A stretch of DNA of 64,000 bases from Bacillota bacterium (GTDB lineage: Bacteria > Bacillota_I > Bacilli_A > Izemoplasmatales > UBA1188). Shown piece after piece: positions 1 to 12,674 of the stretch. Each line of letters starts with the position of its first letter. Position 1 is the stretch's first letter. The stretch spans positions 1 through 64,000 of the forward strand of contig JAEYPN010000012.1 in the NCBI GenBank assembly GCA_023410715.1, given 5' to 3'. Under the pieces are notes generated by a model, which was not told the origin of the DNA, searched no databases, and saw only the letters and a list, made by a program, of their open reading frames with translations. The position numbers and the translations under genes were made by a program.

Positions 1-154
1 ATTGCATAGAAATATGTTATTATTGCTTTTTTTTTAATTAATAGCGCTTAAAATCATAACTATTCCAAAAGAAAAAGTACTACCTCTTGTTTTTACACAA
101 AAAATAGTACTTTGTCAACAATCTGAAAGGATGATAAATTATCATCCTTTGTTG

Positions 155-3100
155 TTATAGATTGTAATCTGCAAAGTCCTCATCGTCTTCATCGTTTTCT
201 TCCATTTCATAATCAAACGTCTTATCTTTAAGAATACCTGTACCAGCAGGGATTAATCCACCAATAATTACGTTTTCTTTTAAACCAATTAGTGGGTCAA
301 TCTTACCTTTGATAGCTGCATCTGTTAAAACACGAGTTGTTTCTTGGAATGAAGCTGAAGAAAGAAGTGAATCTGATTTTAACGCAGCCTTAGTAATACC
401 TAAAATAATAGGATGAGCTACGGCAGGGCGTTTTCTTTCTTTAAATGCTTTCTTATTAGCATCAGTAAAATCATTAATCGAAATTATTGATCCTGGAAGT
501 AAATCAGTATCACCTTCAAGGTCTACTAAGATCTTTCTTGTCATTTGACGAGCAATAATTTCAATATGTTTATCGGAAATTTCAACACCTTGTGAACGAT
601 AAACGCTTTGAACTTCTTTTAATATGTATTGTTGAACAGTTTCAACATCTGTTACTCTTAATAATTTCTTTAGGTCAATTGAACCATCAGTTAATTGATC
701 ACCAGCATGAACTTCATCGTCAATATTAACTAAGATTTCACGTCCACGAGGAATTAAATATTCTTTCGTTTCTTTTGAATCAGTAACAACAATTAATGTT
801 CCGCCAGCATCTGCTGGTTCTTTCTTTGTAACCTTACCAGAAATTTCAGTAATAATGGCTTCACCTTTTGGAGCACGTGATTCAAATAATTCTTGAACAC
901 GTGGTAAACCTTGAACGATATCGGCTCCCGCAACACCACCAGTATGGAATGTACGCATTGTTAATTGGGTACCTGGTTCACCAATTGATTGAGCAGCAAT
1001 TGTACCTACAGATTCACCAACTTCTGTAATTCCACCAGTAGCTAGGTTACGTCCGTAACATTTCTTACATAATCCAGTTTTTGAATTACATGTAAGAACT
1101 GTTCTAATACCTACTTCTTCAATTCCAGCTTTTTCAATACGATCAGCTATTTCTTCAGTAATATAAGTGTTTTTTTCAAGAATTATTTCACCAGTATTAG
1201 GATCGATTAATTGACAAGATGCATAACGACCAATAATTCTTTCTTTTAATCTTTCGATTGGGTCATTTGGACGGTTACGATCTTTTGACTTAAATTCGCT
1301 TACTACAACGCCTCGATCTGTATGGCAATCATCTTCTGTAATTACAACTTCTTGACTTACGTCAACTAAACGTCTTGTTAAATATCCTGAGTCGGCCGTT
1401 TTTAAGGCTGTATCGGTTGAACCTTTTCTTGAACCATGAGTTGAAATGAAGAATTCACTCATTGTTAAACCTTCACGGAAACATGATTTAATTGGCAACT
1501 CAATGGCTTTACCTTTAGTATTAGCCATAAGACCACGCATACCTGCAAGTTGTGAGAAGTTAGATGCACTACCACGGGCACCAGAGTCTTGCATCATGTA
1601 AATGTGATTGTCTTTATTTTGTTCAAGCTCTTTTACTAGACCATCTTCGATGTCTTTTTTAGCTTTTGGCCAAATTTTGTCGGTAACCATCTTATAACGT
1701 TCATCTTTGGTAATTAAACCCATATCATATAATTCGTCAAGTCTTTCAATAGTTGCTTCAGCTTCTTTAATAACTTCAGCTTTATTTTTATAAACTGTGA
1801 CGTCATTTGCAGAAATAGTAATACCTGAAATAGTTGAGTAATAGAAACCAAGATTCTTGATTTTATCAAGCATTTTTGATGTTTCATTAATCTTATATCG
1901 AGCAAAAATTTCTGCAATAATTTTACCTAAGAATGACTTTTTAAATGGAGTGACAATTTCTCTTTTTTTATCAGTAAGTTTTCCTGTTTCAAAGTCAACT
2001 AAATATTTTACGCCTTCTTTAACATTGCATCCTTTTGGTAAGTAATACTTTAAAGGTAATTCCTTTGTTAAATTATCAGTAGTAGGTTCATTAACAAATG
2101 GGAATTCATCTGGCAATATCCGGTTAAAAATTATTTTTCCATATGTTGTTACAACATAACATTTTTTATCATTATAATTTGAATGTTGTTTAATGGCATA
2201 AGCAGGAATAACTATTCTTGTATGAAGCGTAATTTCTTTATTTTCATAAGCAATTGTTGCTTCATTAAAATCACGATAAATGTTACCTTCGCCTTTGTCC
2301 CCTTCTTTTTCTTGTGTTAGGTAATAATTACCTAAAACCATGTCTTGTGTAGGGGTAACAACTGGTTTTCCATCTTTAGGGTTTAAGATGTTATTAGATG
2401 CTAACATCATAACTCTTGCTTCAGCTTGTGCTTCTTCTGATAGTGGAACATGGACAGCCATTTGGTCACCATCGAAGTCAGCGTTAAATGCTGTTGTTAC
2501 TAGTGGATGAAGACGAATTGCTTTTCCTTCTACAAGTTTTGGTTCAAATGCTTGAATACCTAAACGGTGTAGTGTAGGGGCGCGGTTTAATAATACTGGA
2601 TGTTCTCTGATGCAATCCTCTAAAACTGCCCAGATGCGATCATCAAGTACATCAATCATCTTTTTAGCTGAACGAATGTTAGAAGTAATGTTCTTTCTAA
2701 TTAATTCTCTAATTACAAATGGTTTAAATAGAATTATAGCCATTTCTTTAGGAATACCGCATTGATACATTTCAAGATCTGGTCCAACAACGATAACTGA
2801 ACGACCTGAGTAGTCAACACGTTTACCTAGTAGGTTTTGTCTAAAGCGTCCTTGTTTACCACGTAACATATCTGATAATGATTTTAGTGGACGATTCTTT
2901 TCTACAACAGCTTTCTTACCACGTTTAGAGTTATCAATTAGAGCATCAACTGCTTCTTGAAGCATTCTCTTTTCGTTTTTAGTAATTAAATGCGGAGCAT
3001 TTTGTTCAAATTGCTTTTTAAGACGATTATTACGGTTCAAAATACGACGGTATAAGTCATTTAAGTCAGTTGTAGCAAAACGACCACCATCTAGTTGAAC

Positions 3101-3820
3101 CATTGGTCTTAAATCTGGAGGTATAACTGGCAAAACCTCTAATACCATCCATTCAGGCTTGTTATCAGAATTCTTAAATGCTTCAACAACGGCTAATCTC
3201 TTAATAACTTTATCACGGCGTTGTTTAGAAGCAGTTTTTAATTCTGATCTTAGTTGATTAGCCTCTTTTTTAAGATCAAGCTTCTTAAGTAAATATTTTA
3301 CCGCTTCAGCACCTGTTAAGGCCCTGAAACGATTACCATATTCATAATATGCTTCTGAGTATTCAAACTCACTTAGTATTTGTTTGTATAAAAGTGGTGT
3401 ATCACCAGGTTCTACAACTATGTATGATGCTAAATATACAACTTCTTCTAGGTCTTTAGATTTAATATCTAGTAAAATTGCAAGTCTTGATGGTGTATTA
3501 CGTAAGAACCAAGCATGAACAACTGGAGCGGCTAGCTCAATATGACCCATTCTTTCTCTTCTTACTTTACTTTCAGTAATTTCAACACCGCAGACACTAC
3601 ACTTTTTGCCATTTGATGAAGTACGTTTAGACTTATTGCTACAAGCACATTGGTAATCTTTTGTTGGTCCAAAAATTACTTCACAGAATAACCCATCTTT
3701 TTCTGGTTTTAATGTTCTATAATTTATCGTTTCGTGTTTTTTAACTTCTCCATGTGACCAACTTCTAATTTCTTCTGGAGACGCAAGTCTTATTTTTAAA
3801 TGTGAATATTTTTGACTCAT
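155..3820 (-). CDS. rpoC: DNA-directed RNA polymerase subunit beta'
   Basis: 1221 aa with beta' hallmarks: an N-terminal Zn-finger region with C..C..C..C spacing, the NADFDGD catalytic motif and a trigger loop. It follows rpoB. Confidence 0.97.
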   Translation of the reverse strand: MSQKYSHLKIRLASPEEIRSWSHGEVKKHETINYRTLKPEKDGLFCEVIFGPTKDYQCACSNKSKRTSSNGKKCSVCGVEITESKVRRERMGHIELAAPVVHAWFLRNTPSRLAILLDIKSKDLEEVVYLASYIVVEPGDTPLLYKQILSEFEYSEAYYEYGNRFRALTGAEAVKYLLKKLDLKKEANQLRSELKTASKQRRDKVIKRLAVVEAFKNSDNKPEWMVLEVLPVIPPDLRPMVQLDGGRFATTDLNDLYRRILNRNNRLKKQFEQNAPHLITKNEKRMLQEAVDALIDNSKRGKKAVVEKNRPLKSLSDMLRGKQGRFRQNLLGKRVDYSGRSVIVVGPDLEMYQCGIPKEMAIILFKPFVIRELIRKNITSNIRSAKKMIDVLDDRIWAVLEDCIREHPVLLNRAPTLHRLGIQAFEPKLVEGKAIRLHPLVTTAFNADFDGDQMAVHVPLSEEAQAEARVMMLASNNILNPKDGKPVVTPTQDMVLGNYYLTQEKEGDKGEGNIYRDFNEATIAYENKEITLHTRIVIPAYAIKQHSNYNDKKCYVVTTYGKIIFNRILPDEFPFVNEPTTDNLTKELPLKYYLPKGCNVKEGVKYLVDFETGKLTDKKREIVTPFKKSFLGKIIAEIFARYKINETSKMLDKIKNLGFYYSTISGITISANDVTVYKNKAEVIKEAEATIERLDELYDMGLITKDERYKMVTDKIWPKAKKDIEDGLVKELEQNKDNHIYMMQDSGARGSASNFSQLAGMRGLMANTKGKAIELPIKSCFREGLTMSEFFISTHGSRKGSTDTALKTADSGYLTRRLVDVSQEVVITEDDCHTDRGVVVSEFKSKDRNRPNDPIERLKERIIGRYASCQLIDPNTGEIILEKNTYITEEIADRIEKAGIEEVGIRTVLTCNSKTGLCKKCYGRNLATGGITEVGESVGTIAAQSIGEPGTQLTMRTFHTGGVAGADIVQGLPRVQELFESRAPKGEAIITEISGKVTKKEPADAGGTLIVVTDSKETKEYLIPRGREILVNIDDEVHAGDQLTDGSIDLKKLLRVTDVETVQQYILKEVQSVYRSQGVEISDKHIEIIARQMTRKILVDLEGDTDLLPGSIISINDFTDANKKAFKERKRPAVAHPIILGITKAALKSDSLLSSASFQETTRVLTDAAIKGKIDPLIGLKENVIIGGLIPAGTGILKDKTFDYEMEENDEDDEDFADYNL

Positions 3821-3838
3821 CTAAATCCGCCCTCCTAA

Positions 3839-6800
3839 TTAAAAGCCATATTTGCTAATATAATCTTCATGTTCACCGTCAACAAGGCTCTTCTTAACCT
3901 CATTTTCACCAGTTTCACGTGAAATTAATTCAACATATAATCCAAGAGACTGTAATTCTCTTGTTAATACTCTGAATGATTCTGGAAGACTTGGAGATGG
4001 AATAGGGTCACCGTCTACGATTGCTCTAAACACTTTATTTCTACCTAAAATATCATCAGATTTAACAGTTAACATTTCTTGAAGTGTATAAGCAGCTCCG
4101 TATGCTTCAAGAGCCCACACTTCCATTTCACCAAAACGTTGTCCACCGTTTTGAGCTTTACCACCCATAGGTTGTTGCGTTACAAGTGTGTATGGACCAA
4201 CGCTTCTTGCATGTAATTTATCGTCAACCATGTGGTCTAGTTTAATCATATACATAACACCAACAGAAATTCGGTTATCAAATGGTTCACCTGTTCTACC
4301 ATCACGTAAAACAGTCTTTCCATCTCTTTCCATTCCTGCTTCGGATAAAATTTCTTCCAAATCTTCTTGAGTACAACCATCGAATACTGGAGTAGCGACT
4401 TTAATGCCTAATCTCTTAGCTGCCATACCTAGATGGACTTCAAGAACCTGACCAATATTCATACGAGAAGGTACACCTTGAGGATTTAACATAATATCGA
4501 TTGGCGTTCCATCAGGTAAGAATGGCATATCTTCTTGTGGTAAAATGTTCGAGATAACACCTTTGTTACCGTGTCTACCTGACATCTTATCACCAACAGT
4601 AATTTTTCTCTTCTGGACGATATATACTCTAACTACTTCATTTACACCAGGAGATAATTCGTCATCAGTCTCTCTTGTGAAATGTTTAACGCTATGGACA
4701 ATTCCGCCTCCGCCATGAGGAACCCTTAATGAGGTATCGCGTACCTCACGTGATTTTTCACCAAAAATTGCAAGCAATAAACGATCTTCTGGTGTTGGAT
4801 CTGTTTGTCCCTTAGGTGTAACTTTACCAACAAGAATGTCTCCTTCTTTAACTTCGGCACCAGGAATAATAATACCATCTTTGTCAAGGTATTTTCTTCC
4901 CTCATCACCAACGTTAGGAATTTCTCTTGTGATTTCTTCTTTACCTAATTTTGTATCACGAGCTTCAATTTCATATTTTTCAATATGAATTGAAGTATAA
5001 ACGTCTTCTTTAACTAATCTTTCGTTCATAATTACCGCATCTTCAAAATTATAACCATTCCAAGTCATGAAGGCAATTACAACATTACGTCCAAGTGCTA
5101 ACTCACCATTTTCCATTGAAGGTCCATCAGCTAATGGATCAGATTTTTTAACTCTTTCGCCAATTGAAACAATTGGTTTTTGATTTATACAAGTTCCTTG
5201 GTTACTACGCATGAACTTTGATAGTTCATACTTATCAACGTTTCCATCTTCTCTTCTTACAATAATTTTATATCCATCAACATACTCTACAATACCATCA
5301 TTTTCACAAATAACGGCTGTCCCAGAGTCATGAGCTGCTTTAAATTCAATACCAGTACCTACAATTGGTGCTTCTGGTTTAAGTAGTGGAATTGCTTGAC
5401 GTTGCATGTTTGAACCCATTAGGGCACGGTTCGCATCGTCATGTTCAAGGAATGGAATACAAGCTGTAGTAATCGAAACAATTTGTTTAGGTGAAACGTC
5501 GATTAAATCGATTAATTCACGAGGGAATATCTTTGTTTCAAGTTCATGACGAGCAACAACTTCTGTTAATTCAAAAGTCATATTGTCAGTGATTTGACTA
5601 TTTGCTTCCGCAATGTAATGTTTTTCTTCTTCATCAGCGGTCATATAAACTATTTCATCAGTGATCACACCATTTACAACTTTTAAGTATGGAGTTTCAA
5701 TAAATCCATATTTATTTACTTTTACATAAGATGCAAGTGAGTTAATCAAACCAATGTTTTGACCTTCTGGTGTTTCAATTGGACAGATACGTCCGTAATG
5801 TGATTCGTGAACGTCACGCACTTCCATACCAGCTCTATCTCTTGTAAGTCCACCAGGGCCTAGAGCAGAAATACGACGTTTGTGTGTTAACTCATCTAAT
5901 GGGTTAGTTTGCGCCATGAATTGCGATAATTGTGAAGAACCAAAGAATTCCTTTAATGATGATGTTAATGGTCTAATATTAACTAGATTTTGAATCGTCA
6001 TCTCTTTTGTTTCTTTAGTTGATAAACGATCTTTTATGGTTTTTTCCATCTTCGCTAAACCAATTCTAAATTGGTTCTTAATTAATTCACCAATTAAACG
6101 CAAGCGTCTATTTCCTAGATGGTCGATAACATCAAATGAACCAACCTTATTAAATAAGTTTAGATAATATGAGATTGATGCGATAATATCTGATAATGTA
6201 ATATAAATTCTTTCTTCAGTAGAATTATTACCAACAACACTAACAACTTCTTCATTACCTTTATCATCTGTAACTTTAATTTTAATTTTTTCGACATAAG
6301 TTGGTTGAACATCCATCTCACTATCAAAAATTAGTTCTTCCGTAAAAACTTCACGATTTAAATCAAGTAATTGAAGTGTTTGAGCATCAACAACTCTACC
6401 AGCTTTTAATACTTGACGTTTTTGATCAAAACCATCTCTTACAAGTTCGCCAGTATCTTCATTAAATTTAGGTTCAATGTGTTTTTCAGGAATAATAATA
6501 TCTTCTGCTAAAATATGTCCAGCAACTCTGTCTAGAACATCAAGTTTCTTATTTACTTTATAACGTCCTACTTTAGCAAGGTCATAACGTTTCTCATCAA
6601 ATAAACGCGAAGAAATGAAGTTTCTTGCACCTTCAACTGTTGCTTGTTCACCTTGTCTAATTTTTGAGTACACTTCTAGAATTGCATCATCACAAGATTT
6701 AGAAGTATCTTTTGCAAATGTGTTATCAAAATATTGGTTATTGCCAAATACTTCTTCAATTTGTTCATTTGTTGATAAACCAATAGCTCTTAAAAGTGTC

Positions 6801-7588
6801 GTAAGTGGAATTCTTTTTGAACGATCCAACTTAACATACAATATATCCTTTGAACCAATTTCATATTCAATCCACGCACCACGTGTAGGAATAACTTGGC
6901 CTAAAAAACGCGATTGGTTAGTTTTTTTATCAATTGTTTCAGAGAAGAAAACGCCGGCTGAACGAACAATTTGGCTTACAATTACACGTTCTGCACCATT
7001 GATAACAAAAGAACCTACAGGAGTCATCATTGGAAAATCACCCATAAATATTTTGTTTTCCTTGATTTCTTTGATACTCTTTTCTTCAACAGAGTTCAAA
7101 CGATCTTTTAACTCTTGAATTTCTTCTTTAACTGAATGTAATTTTTCTAATGCGTTTTTCTTCGCAACCTTAGTTTTTACTGATTTAATTTCTTCTTTAA
7201 TTTTTCTTTCAATATCCTCTTTTTGTGCAATAACCTGAGTAATAGAATCTCTTTCTTCTTTTATCTCAGCTTCATCCTTAGTTTCATAAAAAACTAATTT
7301 AACATTAGCTCTTAATGGACGTGAGTATGTAATTTCTTTTTCTTTGCACTCAAGAACGGTATGTTTGGGTTCATCAAATTCATAATCCTCAAAGTATAGT
7401 TCAATCGTGTCTGTAAAATTTGATATTGGTGAAATATCTTCGAATAATTCTTTTAATCCGTTTTTTACAAACCAGTCAAACGAGTCAGTTTGAACCTCAA
7501 TGAGGTTTGGTAATTCAACGTTAGATTTTACTTGTGAAAAGTTCCTTCTTTCGTGAAACTTACCGTATTTTATTACTTTATAACTCAC
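3839..7588 (-). CDS. rpoB: DNA-directed RNA polymerase subunit beta. Start re-assigned to the GTG at 7588, preceded by GAGGTG.
   Basis: Conserved beta motifs ([17 protein letters not shown], the rif cluster region, ...GDK..RHGNKGV). The track start at 7642 lacks an RBS, while GAGGTG-N6-GTG gives the canonical N-terminus [10 protein letters not shown]. Confidence 0.95.
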   Translation of the reverse strand: MSYKVIKYGKFHERRNFSQVKSNVELPNLIEVQTDSFDWFVKNGLKELFEDISPISNFTDTIELYFEDYEFDEPKHTVLECKEKEITYSRPLRANVKLVFYETKDEAEIKEERDSITQVIAQKEDIERKIKEEIKSVKTKVAKKNALEKLHSVKEEIQELKDRLNSVEEKSIKEIKENKIFMGDFPMMTPVGSFVINGAERVIVSQIVRSAGVFFSETIDKKTNQSRFLGQVIPTRGAWIEYEIGSKDILYVKLDRSKRIPLTTLLRAIGLSTNEQIEEVFGNNQYFDNTFAKDTSKSCDDAILEVYSKIRQGEQATVEGARNFISSRLFDEKRYDLAKVGRYKVNKKLDVLDRVAGHILAEDIIIPEKHIEPKFNEDTGELVRDGFDQKRQVLKAGRVVDAQTLQLLDLNREVFTEELIFDSEMDVQPTYVEKIKIKVTDDKGNEEVVSVVGNNSTEERIYITLSDIIASISYYLNLFNKVGSFDVIDHLGNRRLRLIGELIKNQFRIGLAKMEKTIKDRLSTKETKEMTIQNLVNIRPLTSSLKEFFGSSQLSQFMAQTNPLDELTHKRRISALGPGGLTRDRAGMEVRDVHESHYGRICPIETPEGQNIGLINSLASYVKVNKYGFIETPYLKVVNGVITDEIVYMTADEEEKHYIAEANSQITDNMTFELTEVVARHELETKIFPRELIDLIDVSPKQIVSITTACIPFLEHDDANRALMGSNMQRQAIPLLKPEAPIVGTGIEFKAAHDSGTAVICENDGIVEYVDGYKIIVRREDGNVDKYELSKFMRSNQGTCINQKPIVSIGERVKKSDPLADGPSMENGELALGRNVVIAFMTWNGYNFEDAVIMNERLVKEDVYTSIHIEKYEIEARDTKLGKEEITREIPNVGDEGRKYLDKDGIIIPGAEVKEGDILVGKVTPKGQTDPTPEDRLLLAIFGEKSREVRDTSLRVPHGGGGIVHSVKHFTRETDDELSPGVNEVVRVYIVQKRKITVGDKMSGRHGNKGVISNILPQEDMPFLPDGTPIDIMLNPQGVPSRMNIGQVLEVHLGMAAKRLGIKVATPVFDGCTQEDLEEILSEAGMERDGKTVLRDGRTGEPFDNRISVGVMYMIKLDHMVDDKLHARSVGPYTLVTQQPMGGKAQNGGQRFGEMEVWALEAYGAAYTLQEMLTVKSDDILGRNKVFRAIVDGDPIPSPSLPESFRVLTRELQSLGLYVELISRETGENEVKKSLVDGEHEDYISKYGF

Positions 7589-7687
7589 AAAAATCACCTC
7601 TATATTTTCATAAATTAACCCTATAAAAGCCAAAAAGGGCATTATATCGCATTTAATTATTTTAACATATGCTTGTCAATTAGTCAA

Positions 7688-8278
7688 TTAATTTTTGCAT
7701 TTTAATACGTAAAAGCCTGATTTTTTATTTATAATTTCAACTTTACTGTAAATTGTTTTTAATTTTTCAATGGTTGATAATGCCCCATGCTTCTTGTTTA
7801 TAATCAAAATAAATTCCCCATTTTCCTTTAAAAATTTAGGTGTATTTTGATAGAATTCATATAATTTTGTCTTTCCAATGCGAATTGGAGGGTTTGTTAC
7901 TATATAATCATACTTTTTAGTGACACTTTCAAAAAAATCACTAGAAAATACATTAACTTTCGCATGATTGTTTAGTGCATTGGCCTTTGCTAAACGAAGT
8001 GCTCTGTCATTTATATCAATCATGTCAACTCTATGATTAAATTCCCTGTATAAAAAAATTCCAATTATCCCATACCCAGTGCCTATATCTAAAGACTCTT
8101 TTTGTTCATTAAGGTTTAAGGAATCAAGTAAGATTTTAGTCCCACGATCTAAAAAATCTTTAGAAAAAACACCATTATCAGAGGCAAAGTTATAAGTCTT
8201 ATCTCTTATTATAACTTCAAAACTGATTTCTCTGCTTTCAACTTCGTTTTCAACATTTTGACTATAATAATGACTCAT
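7688..8278 (-). CDS. Class I SAM-dependent methyltransferase, RsmC/ybxB-like, encoded between rplL and rpoB
   Basis: Contains the VTNPPIRIGK motif (NPPI/NPPF-type N-methyltransferase), a GTGYG Rossmann motif and a DIGTGYGIIG segment. Its position matches B. subtilis ybxB. Start re-assigned to the ATG after AGGAGG. Confidence 0.8.
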   Translation of the reverse strand: MSHYYSQNVENEVESREISFEVIIRDKTYNFASDNGVFSKDFLDRGTKILLDSLNLNEQKESLDIGTGYGIIGIFLYREFNHRVDMIDINDRALRLAKANALNNHAKVNVFSSDFFESVTKKYDYIVTNPPIRIGKTKLYEFYQNTPKFLKENGEFILIINKKHGALSTIEKLKTIYSKVEIINKKSGFYVLKCKN

Positions 8279-8364
8279 TTTTCCTCCTATACGAGATAAC
8301 TGAAATGTATTTTTAAGCGACAAAAACCTGAGATGTTTTCCCAGGTTCATTGTTATTGAATTTT

Positions 8365-8739
8365 CTATTTAACTTCTACTTCTGCGCCAGCGTCAGTTAA
8401 TTTTTTAGCAATTTCTTGAGCTTCTTCTGGTTTAATCTTTTCTTTGATTGCTTTTGGAGCTGCGTCAACTAAAGCTTTTGCTTCAATTAATCCAAGACCT
8501 GTTAATTCTCTTACAACTTTAATAACAGCAACTTTTGCTTGTCCTGCAGATTTAATGATAACAGAAACTTCTTTTGGTCCTTCTTCAACTGCTTCAGCTG
8601 CTTGAGCAGGTCCTGCTACTGCAACTGCAGATGGATCAACACCAAATTTTTCTTTCATTGCGTCTAATAATTCTTTAATTTCTAAAATTGTCATGCTTTC
8701 TAAAGCTTCAATAAATTCTTGTGCACTAATTTTTGCCAT
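8365..8739 (-). CDS. rplL: 50S ribosomal protein L7/L12
   Basis: 124 aa with an Ala-rich hinge and a C-terminal domain ending ...GAEVEVK. Follows rplJ. Confidence 0.97.
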   Translation of the reverse strand: MAKISAQEFIEALESMTILEIKELLDAMKEKFGVDPSAVAVAGPAQAAEAVEEGPKEVSVIIKSAGQAKVAVIKVVRELTGLGLIEAKALVDAAPKAIKEKIKPEEAQEIAKKLTDAGAEVEVK

Positions 8740-8755
8740 TTTAATATCCTCCTAA

Positions 8756-9262
8756 TTAATTTTGTTTTTGTTCTGCAACCATGTTCATACCGATTGCAAG
8801 TTCTTTTAAAGTTTGAATCATACCGCCAGCTAACATACCGATTAATGTTATCTTGTTTGGTAATGTTGCAATTTTAACAATGTCTTTTGCGTTATAGAAT
8901 GAACCATCTACAACACCAACTTTTAATTTTACTTCTTTGTTCTTTTTTGAATATTCATATAGAACTTTTGCTGCTGCTACAGAGTCGCCATTTGCAAAGC
9001 AGATTGCATTAGGACCTTGTAGTGAATCGTTAAATTCTGGATATCCACATTCATCAACGGCGCGTTTAACGACGTTATTTTTTAATACATGTAACTCGCA
9101 AGATTCTTTTCTTAATTGTTTTCTTAATTCAGAAATCTTTTGTACTGTTAATCCGCTGTATTCAGCAACAACAACAGATGATGCATTTCTAATTTTTTCA
9201 ATTACAATATTAACTTCTTCTTGCTTAGCTTGAATAGTAGTTTCTCTAGACATTTGATACAC
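8756..9262 (-). CDS. rplJ: 50S ribosomal protein L10
   Basis: 168 aa in the conserved position between rplA and rplL. Confidence 0.95.
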   Translation of the reverse strand: MYQMSRETTIQAKQEEVNIVIEKIRNASSVVVAEYSGLTVQKISELRKQLRKESCELHVLKNNVVKRAVDECGYPEFNDSLQGPNAICFANGDSVAAAKVLYEYSKKNKEVKLKVGVVDGSFYNAKDIVKIATLPNKITLIGMLAGGMIQTLKELAIGMNMVAEQKQN

Positions 9263-9410
9263 CTCCTAAATTGTGTTTTTTAAAATAAAACCTCTTCTTT
9301 CAAAGAGTGAAAAAAGAGGAACAAATAATCTTTATTCTGCTTTCTCTCGGTAGGCAATTAAGCTTATGAGCACCTACTGTCTTTGATAAAGTCATTTATT
9401 TTTTAATTTC
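9263..9410 (-). promoter_or_regulatory. rplJ 5' leader between rplA and rplJ, candidate L10(L12)4-binding autoregulatory leader
   Basis: A 148-nt untranslated gap lies in the position where the L10 leader is found in Bacillus and E. coli. It contains a hairpin (CCTCTT..AAGAGG) and a kink-turn-like GA-rich segment. No covariance-model search was possible. Confidence 0.4.
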
Positions 9411-10097
9411 TTAAGCGTTTGGATCTACTTTGACACCAGGGCCCATAGTAGAAGAGATTGAAACATTTTTAACGAAAACACCTTTTACTGTTGATGGTTT
9501 TGCTTTCATTAGATGATTAAATACTGATTTAATATTTTCAGCAAGTTGTTCAACTGTAAATGAAGTCTTACCAACTGGTAATTGAATATTTCCTGTTTTA
9601 TCAACACGGTATTCAACTTTACCGCCTTTGATTTCGTTAACTGCTTTTGTAATATCCATTGTTACGGTTCCGGTTTTAGGGTTTGGCATTAATCCTTTAG
9701 GACCTAATGTACGACCTAATTTACCAATTGTACCCATCATATCTGGTGTTGCAACTACAGTATCAAAGTCAAACCATCCGGTTAAAACTTTTTGTACCAT
9801 ATCATCATCACCAACATAATCTGCGCCAGCGTCTAAAGCTTCTTTTGCTTTATCTCCTCTTGCAAATACTAATACTTTTCTTGTTTTACCAGTGCCGTGA
9901 GGTAACACCATTGCACCTCTTAAGTTTTGTTCAGCACGACGTGGGTCAAGGTTAAAGCGCATTGCAAGTTCCACTGAAGCGTCAAATTTTTCGAAAGCTA
10001 CACTTTTAACAAGGGTTACAGCTTCAACAAGTGAATAAATCTTTGTGCTATCCACTTTTTTCTGAGCTTCTAAAAACTTTTTACCTTTTTTTGCCAT
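9411..10097 (-). CDS. rplA: 50S ribosomal protein L1
   Basis: 228 aa with conserved L1 sequence, adjacent to rplK. Confidence 0.96.
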   Translation of the reverse strand: MAKKGKKFLEAQKKVDSTKIYSLVEAVTLVKSVAFEKFDASVELAMRFNLDPRRAEQNLRGAMVLPHGTGKTRKVLVFARGDKAKEALDAGADYVGDDDMVQKVLTGWFDFDTVVATPDMMGTIGKLGRTLGPKGLMPNPKTGTVTMDITKAVNEIKGGKVEYRVDKTGNIQLPVGKTSFTVEQLAENIKSVFNHLMKAKPSTVKGVFVKNVSISSTMGPGVKVDPNA

Positions 10098-10176
10098 TTT
10101 AATTTTCCTCCTATTGTGGTTTTAGCGGAATGTCCTCCCACAAATAGTTGTGTATGATTAACAACCTATTTGTTTA

Positions 10177-10602
10177 TTAGTCGACAACGACAATTCCCAT
10201 ATTTCTTGCAGTACCTTCAATAATTCTTGATGCTGCTTCAACATCATTTGCATTTAAATCAGGTAATTTAAGAGCTGCAATCTCTAACAATTTTGCACGT
10301 GTAATAGATGCAACTTTTTCCTTTGAAGGATTCTTTGCACCAGATTTAATTCCACATGCTTCTTTCAACAAGAAACTTGCTGGTGGTGTTTTAGTAACGA
10401 ATGTAAATGAACGGTCGTCATATACAGTTACAATAACAGGGATAGTACGGCCTGCTTGATCTTTTGTACGATCATTGAATTGCATACAGAATTGTTGAAT
10501 ATTTAATCCTGTTTGTCCCAATGCTGGACCAATTGGTGGCGCAGGTGTAGCTTTTCCACCAGGAATTTGTAATTTTACTACTGTTTTTATTTCTTTAGCC
10601 AC
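10177..10602 (-). CDS. rplK: 50S ribosomal protein L11. Start re-assigned to the GTG at 10602.
   Basis: Carries the canonical (M)[30 protein letters not shown]-terminus. The track start overlaps the AGGAGG RBS, while AGGAGG-N8-GTG gives the canonical start. Confidence 0.95.
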   Translation of the reverse strand: MAKEIKTVVKLQIPGGKATPAPPIGPALGQTGLNIQQFCMQFNDRTKDQAGRTIPVIVTVYDDRSFTFVTKTPPASFLLKEACGIKSGAKNPSKEKVASITRAKLLEIAALKLPDLNANDVEAASRIIEGTARNMGIVVVD

Positions 10603-10691
10603 GAAAGACACCTCCTATTTTTTCGTGATGTGGTTATACATATTACCGTGTAATACTCCCACTCATACGCACATAAAATGCACGCTTTAAT

Positions 10692-10720
10692 ATTCTACAA
10701 TACATTTTTTGATATGTCAA
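10692..10720 (-). promoter_or_regulatory. Candidate sigma-A promoter for rplK-rplA on the minus strand (TTGACA-17-TAGAAT)
   Basis: On the minus strand, TTGACA(10720-10715)-17 nt-TAGAAT(10697-10692) lies about 80 nt upstream of the rplK start. In most genomes rplK is read from nusG; here nusG is separated by an insertion, so an independent promoter is expected. Confidence 0.45.
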
Positions 10721-11010
10721 TGGATAAAATCAAAAAACATAAAAATTCCTTTATTAACTTAATTATTAAACTTTATTTATAGTATTTTTATTGTTTTACA
10801 CATTTTTTTGTCATGATTTTTTGGCCATAATTTTCCATTTTTTATTATATCCATAAATATTTGAAATTATTTATTTTTGGAAAATTCTTTATTAATAATA
10901 ATATTGTAATATTATTACTTTTATGTTATCATAATTTTATAATAAAGCAAGCAATTTTAGAAAAATCACTAATTTTGATTTGCTTAAAATTATATATAGG
11001 AGGAGATAAA

Positions 11011-12462
11011 ATGTTTATAGCATCTGTTTTAGGGACAACTATTTTGATTGTTGCCGTTCTGCTAATTTTAATTGTCATTATACTTGCTGTTTCATATGTC
11101 AAAGCACCACCTGACACAGCATTTATTATCACAGGCCCAGCTAAACAACGTGTTTTAATTGGAAAAGCTGGTTTTCGTGTTCCTGGTTTAGAAAGAGTCG
11201 ATAAGATTCCACTAAGCTTAATTCAAGTTGATATTAAAACAGCTAGCGCTGTACCAACAAAAGAGTTTATTAATATCTTTGTTGATGGTGTTGCTAATAT
11301 CAAAGTTGACTCAACACCTCAGGCATTAGCTCAAGCCTCACAAATTTTCTTGAAGCAAGATCTTGATGGCATTCGTTGTATTGCTAAAGAGGTCCTTGAA
11401 GGAAATATGCGTGAAATCATTGGTCAGATGAAATTAGAGGAACTAGTTCATAATCGTGATTTATTTGCAGAAAAAGTTAAAGATAATGCTACCCAGGATA
11501 TGGGTCGTATGGGATTACAAATAATTAACTTAACTATTCAAAACTTTATTGATAATAACAAAGTAATTGAAAATCTAGGTGTTGACAACATTGCTCAAAT
11601 ATCTAAAAATGCAGCAATTGCTAGAGCTCAAGCTGAAAGAGATATTCAAATTGCTCAATCAGAAGCTAATGAGTCAGCCAATAAAGCTCGCGTTGAATCT
11701 GAACGCTTAATTGTTGAACAAAATACCGAACTTGCTTTAAAACAATCAGAATTAAAAAGTAAAGCTGATACTGCCAAAGCTAAAGCTGACTCATCTTATT
11801 TTATTGAGGAACAAAAACGTCGTGAAGAGATTAACGTAGCTGAAGTTAATGCTTCAATTGCTAAACGTGAAAGAGAAGTTGAACTTGAACAAAGACAAGT
11901 TGAACTTCAAGAAAGACAACTTGATGCAACTGTTAAAAAAACTGCAGAAGCTAATAAATATGCAGCTGAACAATTAGCTCAAGCAGAACTCTTTAAAAGA
12001 CAAAAAGCTGCCGAAGCTGATAAATATGAGCATGAACAATCTGCCCTTGCCTTAAAGGCAAAAGCTGAGGCTGCTCGCTATGCTGCTGAACAAGAAGCTG
12101 CTGGTATTTTAGCTAAAGGTCAAGCTGAAGCTGAAGCAATTGAGAAAAAAGCTGAAGCCATGAAAAAAATGGGTGAAGCTTCTGTTCTTGAGTTAATTTT
12201 GAATTCTAATGTTTTACCAAACGTTGTTAAAGCTTACTCTGAACCACTAGCATCTGCATATGGTAAGATTGATTCAATTACCATGTATGGTGAAGGAAAC
12301 ACTGCTAAACTTGCTCAAGATATTGCTAAAGATGGAACGCAAATTCTTCAAAGCCTCAACCAAACTTTGGGCTTAGATATTAGATCGATTATCGCTGGCT
12401 ATTTAGGCGGAAAACTATCTGATTCAGGCAAACAGGATAAAGAAGAAAAAGATAACAACTAA
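11011..12462 (+). CDS. floT: Flotillin-like protein with an SPFH/band-7 domain, FloT/YuaG-like
   Basis: It has an N-terminal TM helix, an SPFH domain and a long Ala/Glu/Lys-rich coiled coil with EA repeats typical of FloT. The start was trimmed to the ATG at 11011, which follows GGAGGAGATAAA; the ORF track extends through AT-rich non-coding sequence. Confidence 0.85.
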   Translation: MFIASVLGTTILIVAVLLILIVIILAVSYVKAPPDTAFIITGPAKQRVLIGKAGFRVPGLERVDKIPLSLIQVDIKTASAVPTKEFINIFVDGVANIKVDSTPQALAQASQIFLKQDLDGIRCIAKEVLEGNMREIIGQMKLEELVHNRDLFAEKVKDNATQDMGRMGLQIINLTIQNFIDNNKVIENLGVDNIAQISKNAAIARAQAERDIQIAQSEANESANKARVESERLIVEQNTELALKQSELKSKADTAKAKADSSYFIEEQKRREEINVAEVNASIAKREREVELEQRQVELQERQLDATVKKTAEANKYAAEQLAQAELFKRQKAAEADKYEHEQSALALKAKAEAARYAAEQEAAGILAKGQAEAEAIEKKAEAMKKMGEASVLELILNSNVLPNVVKAYSEPLASAYGKIDSITMYGEGNTAKLAQDIAKDGTQILQSLNQTLGLDIRSIIAGYLGGKLSDSGKQDKEEKDNN

Positions 12463-12492
12463 AACATAAAATCTTAATTATTAATTAAAATA

Positions 12493-12526
12493 AACCCTAG
12501 TTTCTATTATTGAACTAGGGTTTTTT
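12493..12526 (+). terminator. Rho-independent terminator of floT
   Basis: A perfect 10-bp stem (AACCCTAGTT/AACTAGGGTT) with a 10-nt loop and a following T-run. Confidence 0.8.
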
Positions 12527-12614
12527 AACTATCTAAAATACAACTAAACTTTATCATTATAGTCTTCTTACCTAAACAATGCCTTGTACAATTATGAATT
12601 AAATTATTGTATTT

Positions 12615-12651
12615 ATTATAAAAAATAGACAGTATGATAACCAATACTGTC
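12615..12651 (-). terminator. Rho-independent terminator downstream of the 805-aa ABC gene
   Basis: An 8-bp stem (GACAGTAT/ATACTGTC) followed by a U-tract on the minus strand. Confidence 0.65.
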
Positions 12652-12674
12652 CAATTTATTAGATTTAAAACACT

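Noticed and set aside
1714-7118. Short ORFs antisense to or overlapping rpoC and rpoB (1714-1917, 1857-2045, 4188-4370, 4726-4911, 6615-7118)
   Set aside because: They lie entirely inside strongly supported essential genes. They have no RBS and a low-complexity composition typical of the antisense frames of AT-rich coding DNA.
10861-11010. ORF-track N-terminal extension of the flotillin gene, and similar extensions of cls (to 23775), the lipoprotein (to 27471), metG (to 30341), tmk (to 34958), rplD (to 54292), rpsJ (to 55302) and arcB (to 59002)
   Set aside because: The extensions run through AT-rich upstream sequence or through the RBS itself. In each case a downstream ATG or GTG with a well-spaced GGAGG-type RBS gives the canonical protein N-terminus.
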